From the human T2T-CHM13v2.0 reference genome, Homo sapiens: a stretch of DNA of 64,000 nt. Location: NCBI RefSeq assembly GCF_009914755.1, contig NC_060934.1. One strand, given 5' to 3'. This document shows, piece after piece, positions 1 to 14,237 of the stretch (within the stretch, counting starts at the first letter, position 1; each line of letters begins with the position of its first letter). The notes below the pieces were generated by a model. It was given only the letters and a program-made list of their open reading frames with translations. It had not been told where the DNA came from and made no database searches. Made by a program: the position numbers and the translations under genes.

Positions 1-469
1 CTAAAGACCTGCTTTTTCTTTTAATTTAGGAGGGCAGAGAAGGCCTTTAAGGCCATCCTTACTCTTCCCAGCTCGGTCAATAATTCTAAAGATATAATTA
101 GAACGCATTTTATCTAGCCTTTTTAGATGTTTTGTACTGGAGGATTTGGGAGAAGGCAATCTAAACTTTAATTTTAAATTTTAAAGGCCAAAGTCATCTT
201 GGTCATGTTGTACAGGGTATAACTTTGAGGATGCTATCAAACACCTCTTTAGGTACTAGAATAATCCCTAGAGTACTTTTAGAGAGCAGAGGTGAAATAG
301 TTTTCCAGCCAGGCTACCAGCCTAGTTATACTCTTCAATTTTTACAATAGTAAAGTATATTTATTCCCTTCTTCTTAGAATAGGATGAGGCACTGGATTA
401 AATGCTTTATACAAGTTATTTCATTTAAGACACAACAGGTAAGGTTATGCCAAAGTAACTTGCAATAAA

Positions 470-2860
<2,391 letters not shown>

Positions 2861-2879
2861 ACTATGAATAAGAGTTTTG

Positions 2880-3120
2880 AGAAGTATCACAGTGTAAATG
2901 TTGTGACCACAAACTTTTAAGTTTGAGCTCAAGTCTTAGCTCCAACACTTACTAACCCTCTGACCTTAGACAAGTCACAAATCTTGCCTGTGCCTCAGTT
3001 TCCTCATCTGTAAAATGAGGTTAATAAGAGAAACCAACCTCATAGAACTGTTGTGAGAGTTAAATGAGGCTATAACTTAGAATCGTGCTGACCATGTAAT
3101 AAGGGTTATATAATTATAAG
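2880..3120 (+). mobile_element. MIR
   Basis: MIR core gcctcagtttcctcatctgtaaaatg. Confidence 0.75.
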
Positions 3121-3125
3121 CCACT

Positions 3126-3481
3126 TGATATGGTTTGGCTGTGTCCCTACCCAAATCTCATGTTGAATTGTAATAATCCTCATGTGTCAAGGGCAGGGCC
3201 AAGTGGAGATAACTGAATCATGGGGGCAGTTTCTCCCATACTGTTTTCATGGTAGTGAATAAGTCTCAAGAGATCTGATGGTTTTATAAATGGGAGCTCC
3301 CCTGCCCAAGCTCTCTTGCTTGCCACCTTGTAAGACGTCCCTTTGCTCTTCCTTTGCCTTCCGCCATGATTGTGAGGTTTCCCCAGCCATGTGGAACTGT
3401 GAGTCCATTAAACCACTTTCCTTCATAAATTACCCAGTCTTGGGTATGTCTTTATTAGGAGCATGAGAATAGACTAATACA
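3126..3481 (+). mobile_element. THE1-family (MaLR) solo LTR, THE1C-like
   Basis: Starts TGATATGGTTTGGCTGTGTCCC and ends GACTAATACA. Perfect 5-bp TSD CCACT (3121-3125 / 3482-3486). Confidence 0.92.
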
Positions 3482-3929
3482 CCACTGTTGTTATTAAGCC
3501 TCACGACAAGCTTGTAAATAATCAACCCATTTCATAGAGGATTGAGACTTGAGTGATAGTGCAACTTACCCAAAATTATCCAGCTGGGGTGTTACTATGA
3601 ACTGATAGGGTAGAGATGTGAAAATGTCTCCAGCACTCATGCTCCATGACAGCAGAAATCATGTTTGTCTTGTCTTGTTCATCACTATATATTCAGTGCC
3701 AAACACATAGTTAGTGCTGTATAAATATATGTTGGATGAATGAGTGACTCTTCCTACAGTGCTATTCAGATACTGTTCTGTCCCAATCAGTAACACAGAA
3801 TACTAATATTAGTACTAAGTCCTTATTTGAGAAAAGAATCTCAAATTTAAGATTCACACTGTAAAAAGAAAAATTTGTGGGGAAACTTTTTATCATTAGT
3901 ATTAGTGACAATACATATTTATTTATTAC

Positions 3930-4140
3930 ATACTATTGGCCAAATACTTTGTTAACACATCATCTCCATGATCTCACTTTATTCTCATAATCACTCTGTG
4001 AGGTAGGAATTGTTATTGTTCCCATTTTAAAGATAGGAACACTGAGACTTGGAGACATTAAGTCACTTGCTGAAGGCTGCACCACAAAACTGGTGGGATA
4101 GAGATTTAAATCTAGTTCTGTCTGACTCCAGACCTAATTT
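3930..4140 (-). mobile_element. MIR
   Basis: Antisense MIR core (cccattttaaagataggaacactgagact). Confidence 0.65.
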
Positions 4141-4653
4141 CTTAATATGTGAAAAGTATGTGATTCATCTGCTTCTCTGGATAACTCATTTCTATCCTTA
4201 ATTACAAACTGAAAAGTTGGCTTGTATTACCTTGGCCCTGTGAATAATTGTTTTTGAGTTGCTGCTGAAACAATGGGCCTCAACCATTTATGAATGCCTG
4301 TGTCAAGGGCAGCCATGAGATGGAGTCCCAGTATTCTTCTACTAAATGACTTGGTGTTTCAGAAGGCTAGACCTTCTCTAACCCCTGACTGAGTGGGCAG
4401 TTGTGGGGTGGGAATCCTGACTTTTCTGAGCCAATCATGAAGTCCCATTTCCCTGTGCAGAGACTAGTTCACGTACAGAACCATGATTTAATTCTGGTCA
4501 GTGAAACATAGGGGAGAGTCTGCAAGTCTGCAGTGGAGGATAAGAGAAGCTTCTGGACAAGGTTTATTCACCCATAAAAAAAGTGACACAAGGAAGAGAT
4601 AGGCTCCTTCTCCTGGTGGGGCTATTATGTCTGCTTAACATGCCTGGAAACTA

Positions 4654-5065
<412 letters not shown>

Positions 5066-5459
5066 TTAAGCCACTGACTTAACCAACTTTGAAAACACTC
5101 TACCTTGCATCTTGTATTGTAGGATAATCTATTTCCTTTGTAGTTGAAGATACGTGAGTCAAGGGATCATGTCACTTGTGCCAAAAAGCCTCCTCATTAA
5201 CCTACTCCTATACACAAAAGATCAGAAAAGAGAAAAAGAGATAATTGATTAGTAAAATTAAGAAGTCCATGTCCAGGTTGTTTAGCAGGAGATGGTATGG
5301 GCAGGGCTGGGGGTGTTGGAGAAGGGGCAGTAGGCCAAGCTCTACTATTTCTGTAATCTTCAGCAAATTTTAATCACTATGGACCTCTATTTCACCGTCT
5401 GGTTGGTTTTTGGTTTTTTTATTTTTAATCTTTAATTTTTAATTTTATTTTTAATTTTT

Positions 5460-5463
<4 letters not shown>

Positions 5464-5495
<32 letters not shown>

Positions 5496-5511
5496 GTGTG
5501 TGTGTGTGTGT
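5464..5511. repeat. (GT)n microsatellite, one interruption
   Basis: Read directly. Confidence 0.95.
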
Positions 5512-5596
5512 AAGTGGGTGGAGGAATCCTCTGAGCCATTACATGACTCTGTTCTCTGAATCGGGACAGTTGAAAACACTTCACACAGCTTAAATC

Positions 5597-5774
5597 AGAG
5601 GTCCTCAAACTTGATGCATATTGGAAACATCTGGAAAGTTTTTAGAACTGTCCAATGCACAGGGCACGACTTGGACCAATTAAATCCAAATCTTATGAGG
5701 TTCAGGGGGAGGCATCAGTATTTTGTAAAGCTTACCAGTTAAATCTGATATGCAGGCAAAGTTAAGGACCACTG
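5597..5774. mobile_element. MER5-like hAT-Charlie MITE
   Basis: TIR-like ends cagaggtcctcaaac ... gttaaggaccactg. Confidence 0.7.
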
Positions 5775-7644
5775 GCTTAGAGGGACCATCCAAATCCAGG
5801 AATGGGTGTCCACTCATTGTCAAAAAGAGGGAAAAGTCAAGGCCAGGAGTCAGCAACGGTGCACATGGACTGCTCTGAGTTTGGGATCCTTCCCCACTAA
5901 TGAGAGGGTTTGTTCAGATGACAGCTCCCAGTAGCTGCCAAAAAACTCTATGAGGAACCTAGAGATGAAAGCTGAGGAAGAGATTCTCCCTTTGCAGCTT
6001 GAAGGGTCACTCAAACTTGTGCAGAACTTTTGGATTCACATTGATAAAGATGCACAGTTCACTGCCACCCTAGAGTTTTCCAGCCTTTCAGTCTGGGGAT
6101 GAACTAAAAGGAGAGCCATCAATGTAGAGAGAAAAAAAATAGTCCTTCCTTAAATAACTAAATTAAACTTAATATTTTTTGGAACAGAATATCATGCATT
6201 CCAAATTTAAGTTATTCTCTCATGTTAAATTTTTAAAAGCAAAGTTGCTTCTACTATTAGGCGAGATATCAGGATGTGAAATGCAGTTAATTCTATTTGA
6301 TAGTAAAGCTCCAGGAACACCCTGCTCTTTGACCAGCTCCTCCCTCATCAGCTGCCCAGGGTCACCCCAAAATTGGGTCAAGCTGGTCATGCCTGCCTGA
6401 AAATAGCTCTCCTGTAAGAAGGGGGCTGCGGGAGAAGGGGCAACTCCATGGGAGATTTCAAGGAGGCTGTGTGAAGCAGAGGGAGGGACACTAAGTGACA
6501 AGTCACTGTTCAGCTGGCTCACCCTGGCCACACTACCTTGAACAAGTCACTTCACCTATCTGGATCTTAGTTTCTTCTTTTATAAAGTTAGGCACTTGAG
6601 CCCCATGGTCTTCGAGGTCCCTGTCAGACCCAAGTTTGATTTTTCTCCATCCCTTGGGAACAGGGCAGTCCACCAAACCATCAGCATAAATAGAGAGGAA
6701 ACAAAATAGGGGCTGTAAATTCCAGCTCTTACAGAGCTCGGCAGATAGTGTGAGAGAGTGAAGGCATGGGTAGAGACTGTGGCCAAAACAAGGCAGTTTG
6801 ACCCATCTAGGATGCATGCCCCATCTAAGGGGCACAGCTACTATTCAACTTCATGTATTTGTTGCCATGTGGGGAGACCTTACAATTTTTTTAGGAAAAA
6901 AAGTAAACCCAGATTTTTTAATGTAGTCTGCTGATGGTTATATCATGGCAATAAATTCTTTAAAAATCCCATGTCAAATAAAATACATCTGTGCCCAGAT
7001 ACAGCCTGCAGGCCTGTGGTTTACAGCTCTGACATAGAGGATTCTATGATATGATAAAAGTTTATTCTTCATAATTGGGCCTTTTTAGTAGATTGGTCAA
7101 CACTGTGCAGATCTTTCTTTAGATACACTGTGCAGATTTTAGGCAGAACTGGAGCAACAACTTAGGTTCATGGACCTGCTGCCTCTCACCCCAAGGAGCA
7201 GTGCTGCTCCCTTCAGTCCAGGACTGGCGCCTACTGCCCCTTCCCTATGCCCCTCTGTGCAGCTGGAAGTTCTGCCCGTTCAGGAACGTGCTGTAGCTCA
7301 AGACGTAGCAGCCACTCCAACCTTTCCCACACCAACTCCTTCCCCATTTTAAAGCTGAGACATGGCCTCCAACATAACCCTGACCCAGCAGATTGTGTGT
7401 GTGTGAGCAGAAACCATAGATGAGGACAGTCAGGGTAGGGGAAGAAGTAGTAGCAACAGCTCAAGTTATTGACCCTGCTCTCCAGCCCCAATGGTCAGGT
7501 GGTAGGAAGTGTGCTCACTATTGAGACTGGGGCCTTGTGAATATCCTCAGATGGATCCATGTCTTGGTCCATACTAACTCTGCTCAGTTGTTCCTAAATG
7601 AAAAATGAGAATGTCAGTTGAGTTTCTTATTTGACTGTGGCTTT

Positions 7645-7687
7645 GAGAAAGAAAATATACTCAGGCCTTATATCAAACACATTTATT
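7645..7687 (-). terminator. Polyadenylation signal AATAAA (7682-7687) with downstream U-rich element
   Basis: Minus strand AATAAATGTGTTTGATATAAGGCCTGAGTATATTTTCTTTCT. An upstream UGUA lies at 7736-7739. Confidence 0.8.
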
Positions 7688-9152
7688 CTTAAAGTGAGAA
7701 GCTCATCAAGGATAGCTAGAGGAGAGTGAAATATTTACAGTAGAAAAGTATGGATGCTAGCCAAACTTCAAATTCTGTCACTGCAGAGTTATTCCGATAG
7801 TACTTTTCCACCATGGCACATCACACATGTTAAAATTAACTGCATTCTTGTAACACCTCTCAATGGTTGTGCACAATAATAGAAGCAACATTCTGGGACT
7901 CTTTTTCTTAAGATCCTACAGAATGAATTTATGCACACACAAAAACAAGTATAATACAAAACATTCAAAACAAGTCACATCCATTTTTTTAAAAAAAAGA
8001 AAACAGCAAGATGAAAATAGGCAAGGGATGGGTTGCTACTTCTATGTGCAAGGTACTGGATTCTTGCATTGAGAATCCTAGTGTCGGGCCTCACGTCAAG
8101 CATCACATCAAAAAAGTGTGCAGAAAAATGAGTCACCTTCAATATGAAGGATGTGAGTTGTGTACACTGACAACGGTCTCAAAGATACAACATTATTGCA
8201 GGAGGAATGCCTGTGTACAGAGTGGACCATCTTATGAGGCCAAAAACCCATGAGTTACCAGATGACCATTCAGATATTTGGGTTAAACGATGACAGTTTT
8301 CTGGTTTAATCAAGGCACTTGCAAAGAGCTATCTTTGACATGACATGAAGTCCCTACGTGTTGTTAGCCATTAATGATGGCATGGTTTTTCTATACCAAG
8401 CATTCTATAACAAGAACCCAAGCCTGACAGTTTGATCACAAAGTCACTTATAACATCAGGACTACAAAGCCAGATTTGCTTAAACTTTCCCCAAATTATG
8501 ATTTTTTATAGATCACATCTGAACAGAAAGGCTTCACTTAAGATCTTGATTCTCCGGAGCTATAATTCATCTTCTTTCTCCAATACCACCCACATTCTTA
8601 AAGGTTATTTAGCTTTTCTCCACAAGGATACGTAGAATGGATCTTTTTCCCCTCCAGAAATAATTTCCCCAGGAAAGAATTGTAAAACCAACTTAAAAAC
8701 ACAAAATAACCTTACGTTTTTCCACCAACAATGATCAGACCTCCCACTCCTCTGACTTGAGCTTCAGAGCCCTTTGTGTATACTTTTCACACATTCCTCA
8801 TACCATTAACATAGCTTTCCATCACCATCAGCCATCCTTCCTCAACTTTTCCTTGCCCAACATGAAAGCTAGTGGATTGAGAGGGAAGGAAGAAGGGAAC
8901 TGAAAAAGTATTACCTTTATAAAAATAGTTTTCAACCTGTTACTTGATCCTTCAAAGCCAAATTGGGTAGCATCATCTGTACAGACCCCAACACTAAATT
9001 CTCAAGTGTCTTTCTTTTCCATAGCCAGGTCTCAAAAGCTCAAATCTAAACCTACTGATGGAGTAGCAAAGGCTTCCTAAAATTGAGCAATACAGACCTA
9101 GGATTGCATGGGGGAATATGACAAGTCAAGACCAGTTACATTGTTGCTTAAT
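7661..9152 (-). other. PPP1R3C: PPP1R3C 3'UTR (~1.5 kb)
   Basis: Repeat-free sequence from the stop codon to AATAAA. The cleavage position is estimated at ~20 nt past the hexamer. Confidence 0.8.
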
Positions 9153-10092
9153 TCATCGATAAGAGGCCAAGTTCTCCATTCTCCCCCAGCTCTGCCACTC
9201 TGGGAAGAGCCCACTAGCCAGCCTCGGACTGCCAAAGATTGTTGACTCTAACTCTGTCTTAGGAGACGTCTGGTGGAATGCACAGTCCTGGGGTGCCATC
9301 TGTGTCTGCACCCCATCAGGCTTCCATTGAACATGAACAATTCTATAATTCTGACCATCATTGTTGTCCCAAAAGACTTGCCCATTAGCATGGTAAGAAA
9401 TGCAGAACTCAATTTTCTGCTCAGTTGGAATGACAGGGGGTAAGTCAATGGCAAATGAGAAGGTATCACTATCTGTGCCACCATACACATTTTTCATATA
9501 GACACAGTCTACGTCAGTGTAGTTTTTCCAAGAATCGAAAGTGATACGGATCTGAACTTTCTTCTCAAAACTCACATTTTTGACTTTAACAGTCCCTGTC
9601 ACTGTTCGCTCTTGCAACGAGCAGTTCTCCAGACAGACAAAGTTCTTCTGAAAGTGGCTCCGGAAACTTAAGTAATCGGTTGAAGGCTGAGGGAAATCTA
9701 AAATCAAGTTTTTCTCCTCGTGGTGTTTTAAGGCAGAGGAGATATCATTAAGGTCCAAGAGATCAAACTGCAGATCCCACGCTGGTTCTTCTGGGAGGTC
9801 GGAGAAGACATGGATCGCAGTGAGAGAGAGGCCCTTGGAGTCAGCAAACACAACGCGCTTCTTGGCTTGGTTGTGTGAGCACTTCCAGTCATTCTGTGAT
9901 TTGGCTTTGTGTTTTATATTGAGACATGATTTCAGGGGCTTTAATTTATTCACAAAATGTCGTCGTTGAAATTCATCGTACGGGCCCAGGAAACTCTTCA
10001 CAGGTGGTGAATGTGCCAAGCAAAGCCTCATGGCCACATCCACGGGCATGACCGAACTTGTCAAAGGACGTGGATCTAAAACCTGGATCATT
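9153..10092 (-). CDS. PPP1R3C: PPP1R3C coding exon 2: protein phosphatase 1 regulatory subunit 3C (PTG)
   Basis: Acceptor cttctttttgcattccag|A. 940 nt + 14 nt = 954 nt = 317 aa + stop. Contains the PP1-docking RVxF motif KRVVF (9846-9860) and CBM21 motifs [10 protein letters not shown] and WDNNDGQNY. Confidence 0.98.
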
Positions 10093-12180
10093 CTGGAATG
10101 CAAAAAGAAGAGGGATTATCACCTGGATCGGAAATGCTCTTCCCCAGTGCCAAATACATATGTACTATTTTTGTGCTGACTGAATTATAGCCAGTGCACT
10201 AGATATCAGGCAGGTGCTATCATATGTAGTAAAAGAGAACAGTATTAAGTGATCAGATCTTCTATGTCTACCTCTACCCTTGGCCGGCTAAAGGCTATTA
10301 ATTGCTTAAAACACTTAGAGGGTGATGGGGGTCTCAGTTTCCCCATCTGAGAAATAAAAGGGTTCGATTTGATTATCTCCAAGGCAGCCTTGAGAACTGT
10401 GTGCTCTGTTCTGGACCAGTGGTCCTCAAACCTGTCTGGTCACTATGTCTAGGGAATTCATTTTCTTTCTTTCTTGTCTTTCCTCCTTTCCTCCTTCCCT
10501 CCTTCCTTCCTTTCTTCCTCTCTCTCTCTCTTTCTCTTTCTTCTTTCTTTCCAATTCCTGGGACTCAGAACTACTGAGGCAGAACTTCTGGGGCTAGGGC
10601 CAAGGGATGGGTATGTTCTTAAAGCTTCCCAGGTGATTCTAATGACCAGACAGGTTCAGGAGCCACAGTTCCAGACCCTCTGCTCCCTCTGGCTACGTTG
10701 GCTTATTTTGCTGCTAAATTGATTGACACTTCTCTGGTAAGGTAATTCACTTGAAAAAAAAAAATAACATGCAACAGTTTTGAGAGTGAGAAGGCTAGAG
10801 AAGAAGTCAAAGAATCATCTTTGCACTTTGATTATCATGCTCTTATTTTTCACAAATAACCACTGAAATACAAGCCAACAATTCATATGCACTTAAAAAC
10901 TATATAATTGATAATTCACCTAAAGAGATGCCCATGACAAGTCCACATTTAAGTGGAAAAACTGATTACCTGAAAGTTGGAGTGTTTTAAAATATACATT
11001 TTATATATACAAACTTATAAATATTGAAAAACTCTATAGGAAATACACCTTTCCTAATAATTTAATAATTATTATTTCTGGGTGATAGGATTATAGATTA
11101 TCTATTTTCGTTTTTGTTCTTTTTTGGCATTTTCTAATAGACATTTATAAGTAGAAAGACAATAAAACCATTTAAAGTTTTAAACATGACTATGCTCAGC
11201 AATATTAAACCAAGAAGCATCTATAAAGAAGACTTTTCTCTGACCTTTAGCCCTCATCATATATTTCCAAGCTTATGGTATTAAGATTTTTTTCCCTATC
11301 TTAGCCTTACAAGTAAGAGGTGTGTGTATACTGTACACGACATTTCTCAGTCTGGCTTTAGTAACTCTCCTCACAGCAGCTCTAAACATGTATGCAAGTG
11401 GTCATTATCACAAAAGTGTGTAATAACACTCGCAGAATTTACTGTGTTAGCTCTGGGGTTTTTCTGGGAGATCTGCAAACTTAGAACAAACAAATGAAAG
11501 CTAAAGCTATATTTGTGGGTCTAATAATAGTTAATAGGCAGGATTTTTAGAGAAGTCTTCTGCTAAGCTATGTCTGGAGAAGCTATTTAAAGTAGTTTTA
11601 TGGGAGGTTTTTTTTGGTTTTTTTGTTTTTTTTTTTTTACTTTTTGCATTTATAGAAAGACAGTTTTAGTTTGGGTGATTTCCTTGGAACTTTAAGTCCT
11701 GGACAAGAGTTAAAAGTAATCGTTTGCTCAAACTCTTGAGATTTTGCTATGGCAAACTGTGATAAGAAGGACGAATGAATGCAAACGTCGTCCTGTAATT
11801 TTTTTCCTCCAAGCTAAACCACCTAACCAGCAATGTCAGAGTGCTGTTCTCACCACTTCAGCTGCCCGAGTCTTTGGGACATTTGTGCAGGACCAAAAGA
11901 ACAGCCGCATCCATGAGAAAATCCTAACTCAAGCTGATTCACGTTAAGATAATTTCTGCTTTAAGATGCTGATTACTAAAATAGGCTCTGCTTAAGAAAT
12001 AGAGCCAAATTTCTACACCTCCAAGGCCTCTCGGTTGCCAGATTCAACTACGCAGTCAGTCCACTTGTCCTCCCCCTGGGGTGTCCATTTCCAGAGATGA
12101 TAGAACTGAAACGCCCCCCAACTTCCCCACAGCTGCGCGTTCCCCTGTGTTCCTAGCGCGCAGAGTTGCAGCGAACCTAC
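10093..12180 (-). other. PPP1R3C: PPP1R3C intron 1 (2088 nt, GT-AG)
   Basis: GTAGGT donor and pyrimidine-tract/CAG acceptor join the two coding exons in frame. Confidence 0.93.
10417..10667. mobile_element. MER5-like MITE with internal CT-rich low-complexity tract, inside intron 1
   Basis: cagtggtcctcaaac start, aagcttcccaggtgattctaatg core, pyrimidine run ~10460-10552. Confidence 0.65.
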
Positions 12181-12194
12181 CTGGTGCAGCTCAT
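12181..12194 (-). CDS. PPP1R3C: PPP1R3C coding exon 1 (M-S-C-T-R, phase 2)
   Basis: Minus strand reads ATG AGC TGC ACC AG|GTAGGT, a canonical donor at 12180. It joins exon 2 in frame (AG|A = Arg) to give [14 protein letters not shown], the known PTG N-terminus. Confidence 0.95.
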
Positions 12195-12296
12195 TAGGCA
12201 GAGAGGCGGCGGACCCTAAAAGCCAGCACCCGCTGCCTGCACAAATTCGAACCACAGCTCCAGGCCTTGCCCCCGCGGCGGTCGCTGGGAGAGACT
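12195..12296 (-). other. PPP1R3C: PPP1R3C 5'UTR (exon 1 non-coding part)
   Basis: GC-rich and ATG-free between an Inr-like TCAGTCT (A at 12296) and the start codon. The TSS is inferred. Confidence 0.65.
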
Positions 12297-13860
12297 GAGG
12301 GCCCGGCGCCTAGAGGCCGCTTATCTGCTCCCAAGCACGTGACCCGATCCCTGGGACCAATCGCCGGGCCTCGAGCCCCAGGGCGCGACCAACCAGCGCC
12401 CAGCTGGGGCGCCAGCCCTCGCCCCGGCAACGTGATCGCCCCGGGGCCAGACGTGCAGAGAGCTATCTGGGCATCCCGGGGAGGTTCTGGGACTCCGCGG
12501 CCAGCTGGAACCAGCCGCGTAACGGGAACCCTGGGCTAGGGGCCGGGCAGGCACGTACCGCATGCAGCGGGCGCCGGCCAAGAGAGAGCGCAGCCAGCCT
12601 CGCCCAGGCGGGGCGCCAGTGCCTCAGGCTTGGGGCGGCTGTTACTTGGGAATAGCTTTGTGGGTCACTGCGGGTGAATCTGCACACAGAAGATGTGGCT
12701 CAAACCGAATGTGTATCGCATTTGAAATGTTTATATCGTTCATTACCCGGTGTATCCGCATTTCTCCCTCACCTTAGCCTGCGCGATCCCAAACTGGCTG
12801 CATGCTTTTCGATTAGTATGAGTTCACAGATGCACCACACAGTAGACAGCTGCCGGGAATTACCAACTTATCTAACAAATGTTGTTAGGAAAGCATACGA
12901 GCCCCATAAAACACCAAGGTGGCATTTAATTAAAAGACACTTCGTATTTCTGTCTATTCTTCAATTTTCTCCCCTGCGGGGAACACTAAAGCCGGAAGTG
13001 AAATGACCCTTTTCACACATACAGCCGGTCAAGAGGCAGCAGTCAACCCAAACCCCTTACTCAATTCTGACGTCCTTTGGCAGTGGTGTGGAAATCAAAA
13101 TGTTAAAATAAAATTTAAAAAATCACGCCGTATGTTTCATGGGCCTTCTGAGCCACTCACTTTCGCTGAAGTTTCATTATTTTGATTAGTTTGAAGAATT
13201 TTTAGACCATCATTTACAACTGTAAAATTAAATGTCTAAGTCAAGTCTAAATTATTTTTATAAAACCCACATCCTAGTTTTGCTCCCCTAATTGAGCTAT
13301 CCATTAGTCAATTAAAATATACAAAAATTCCTATGTCTTTTAAACAACTGTCAAACAGTGGAATTGTTAAAATTATTAGAGTGAAGAAAAAAATCACACT
13401 GAATATCACTGGGAAAGGGACTTCATGCCTGGGTTTTATTTTTGAAATGAAATATCTAACTAATGGCAGGTCTTCTAGCCCCTTTAGCTCAACCAAAACT
13501 AGCTGGAAGGTCTTTGGATTGACACTTACTAGCTACACGAATCTAGGCAAGTTCTAACCTCAGTTTCCTCATGTGTAAAACAGAGATAGTAACGTTCTGA
13601 AGATGAAGTAAGATGGTGCCAATGAACAGACTCAGCACGATGCCCAGTGCCTGTGTTCCACCCGGGCTAGTTCCCAAGTTTCTACTTGATCTCTCAGCTA
13701 GAGTTTTTACTCTATCACCTCAAGGCGCCTGGTGCCTGAGCTAAAATATTGAGAATAGCTGCTGCTTGTTGAGCCTTTACTCTGTGCCAAACACTATGTG
13801 CTATCAATTCAATCCTCACAACAACCCTATGTGATATGTCCAGTTATTAATCCCATTTTA

Positions 13861-14237
<377 letters not shown>

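Larger units (their letters stand above)
12010..12650. promoter_or_regulatory. CpG-island promoter of PPP1R3C
   Basis: High GC and CpG density over exon 1. E-box CACGTG 12336-12341, CCAAT 12357-12361, RCGTG cores at 12429-12434, 12450-12455 and 12552-12557, GC boxes ~12608 and ~12633. Confidence 0.88.

Noticed and set aside
9248-9490. 80-aa alternative-frame ORF inside PPP1R3C exon 2
   Set aside because: Deep internal position, no recognisable motif, and a length expected by chance.
10093-10103. ORF-track N-terminus MHSR for the 316-aa ORF
   Set aside because: It starts at a TTG inside the intron's polypyrimidine tract. The real N-terminus comes from exon 1.
12013-12777. Several overlapping 70-90 aa ORFs over the promoter
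   Set aside because: Stop-codon scarcity in a GC-rich CpG island, mostly with non-ATG starts.
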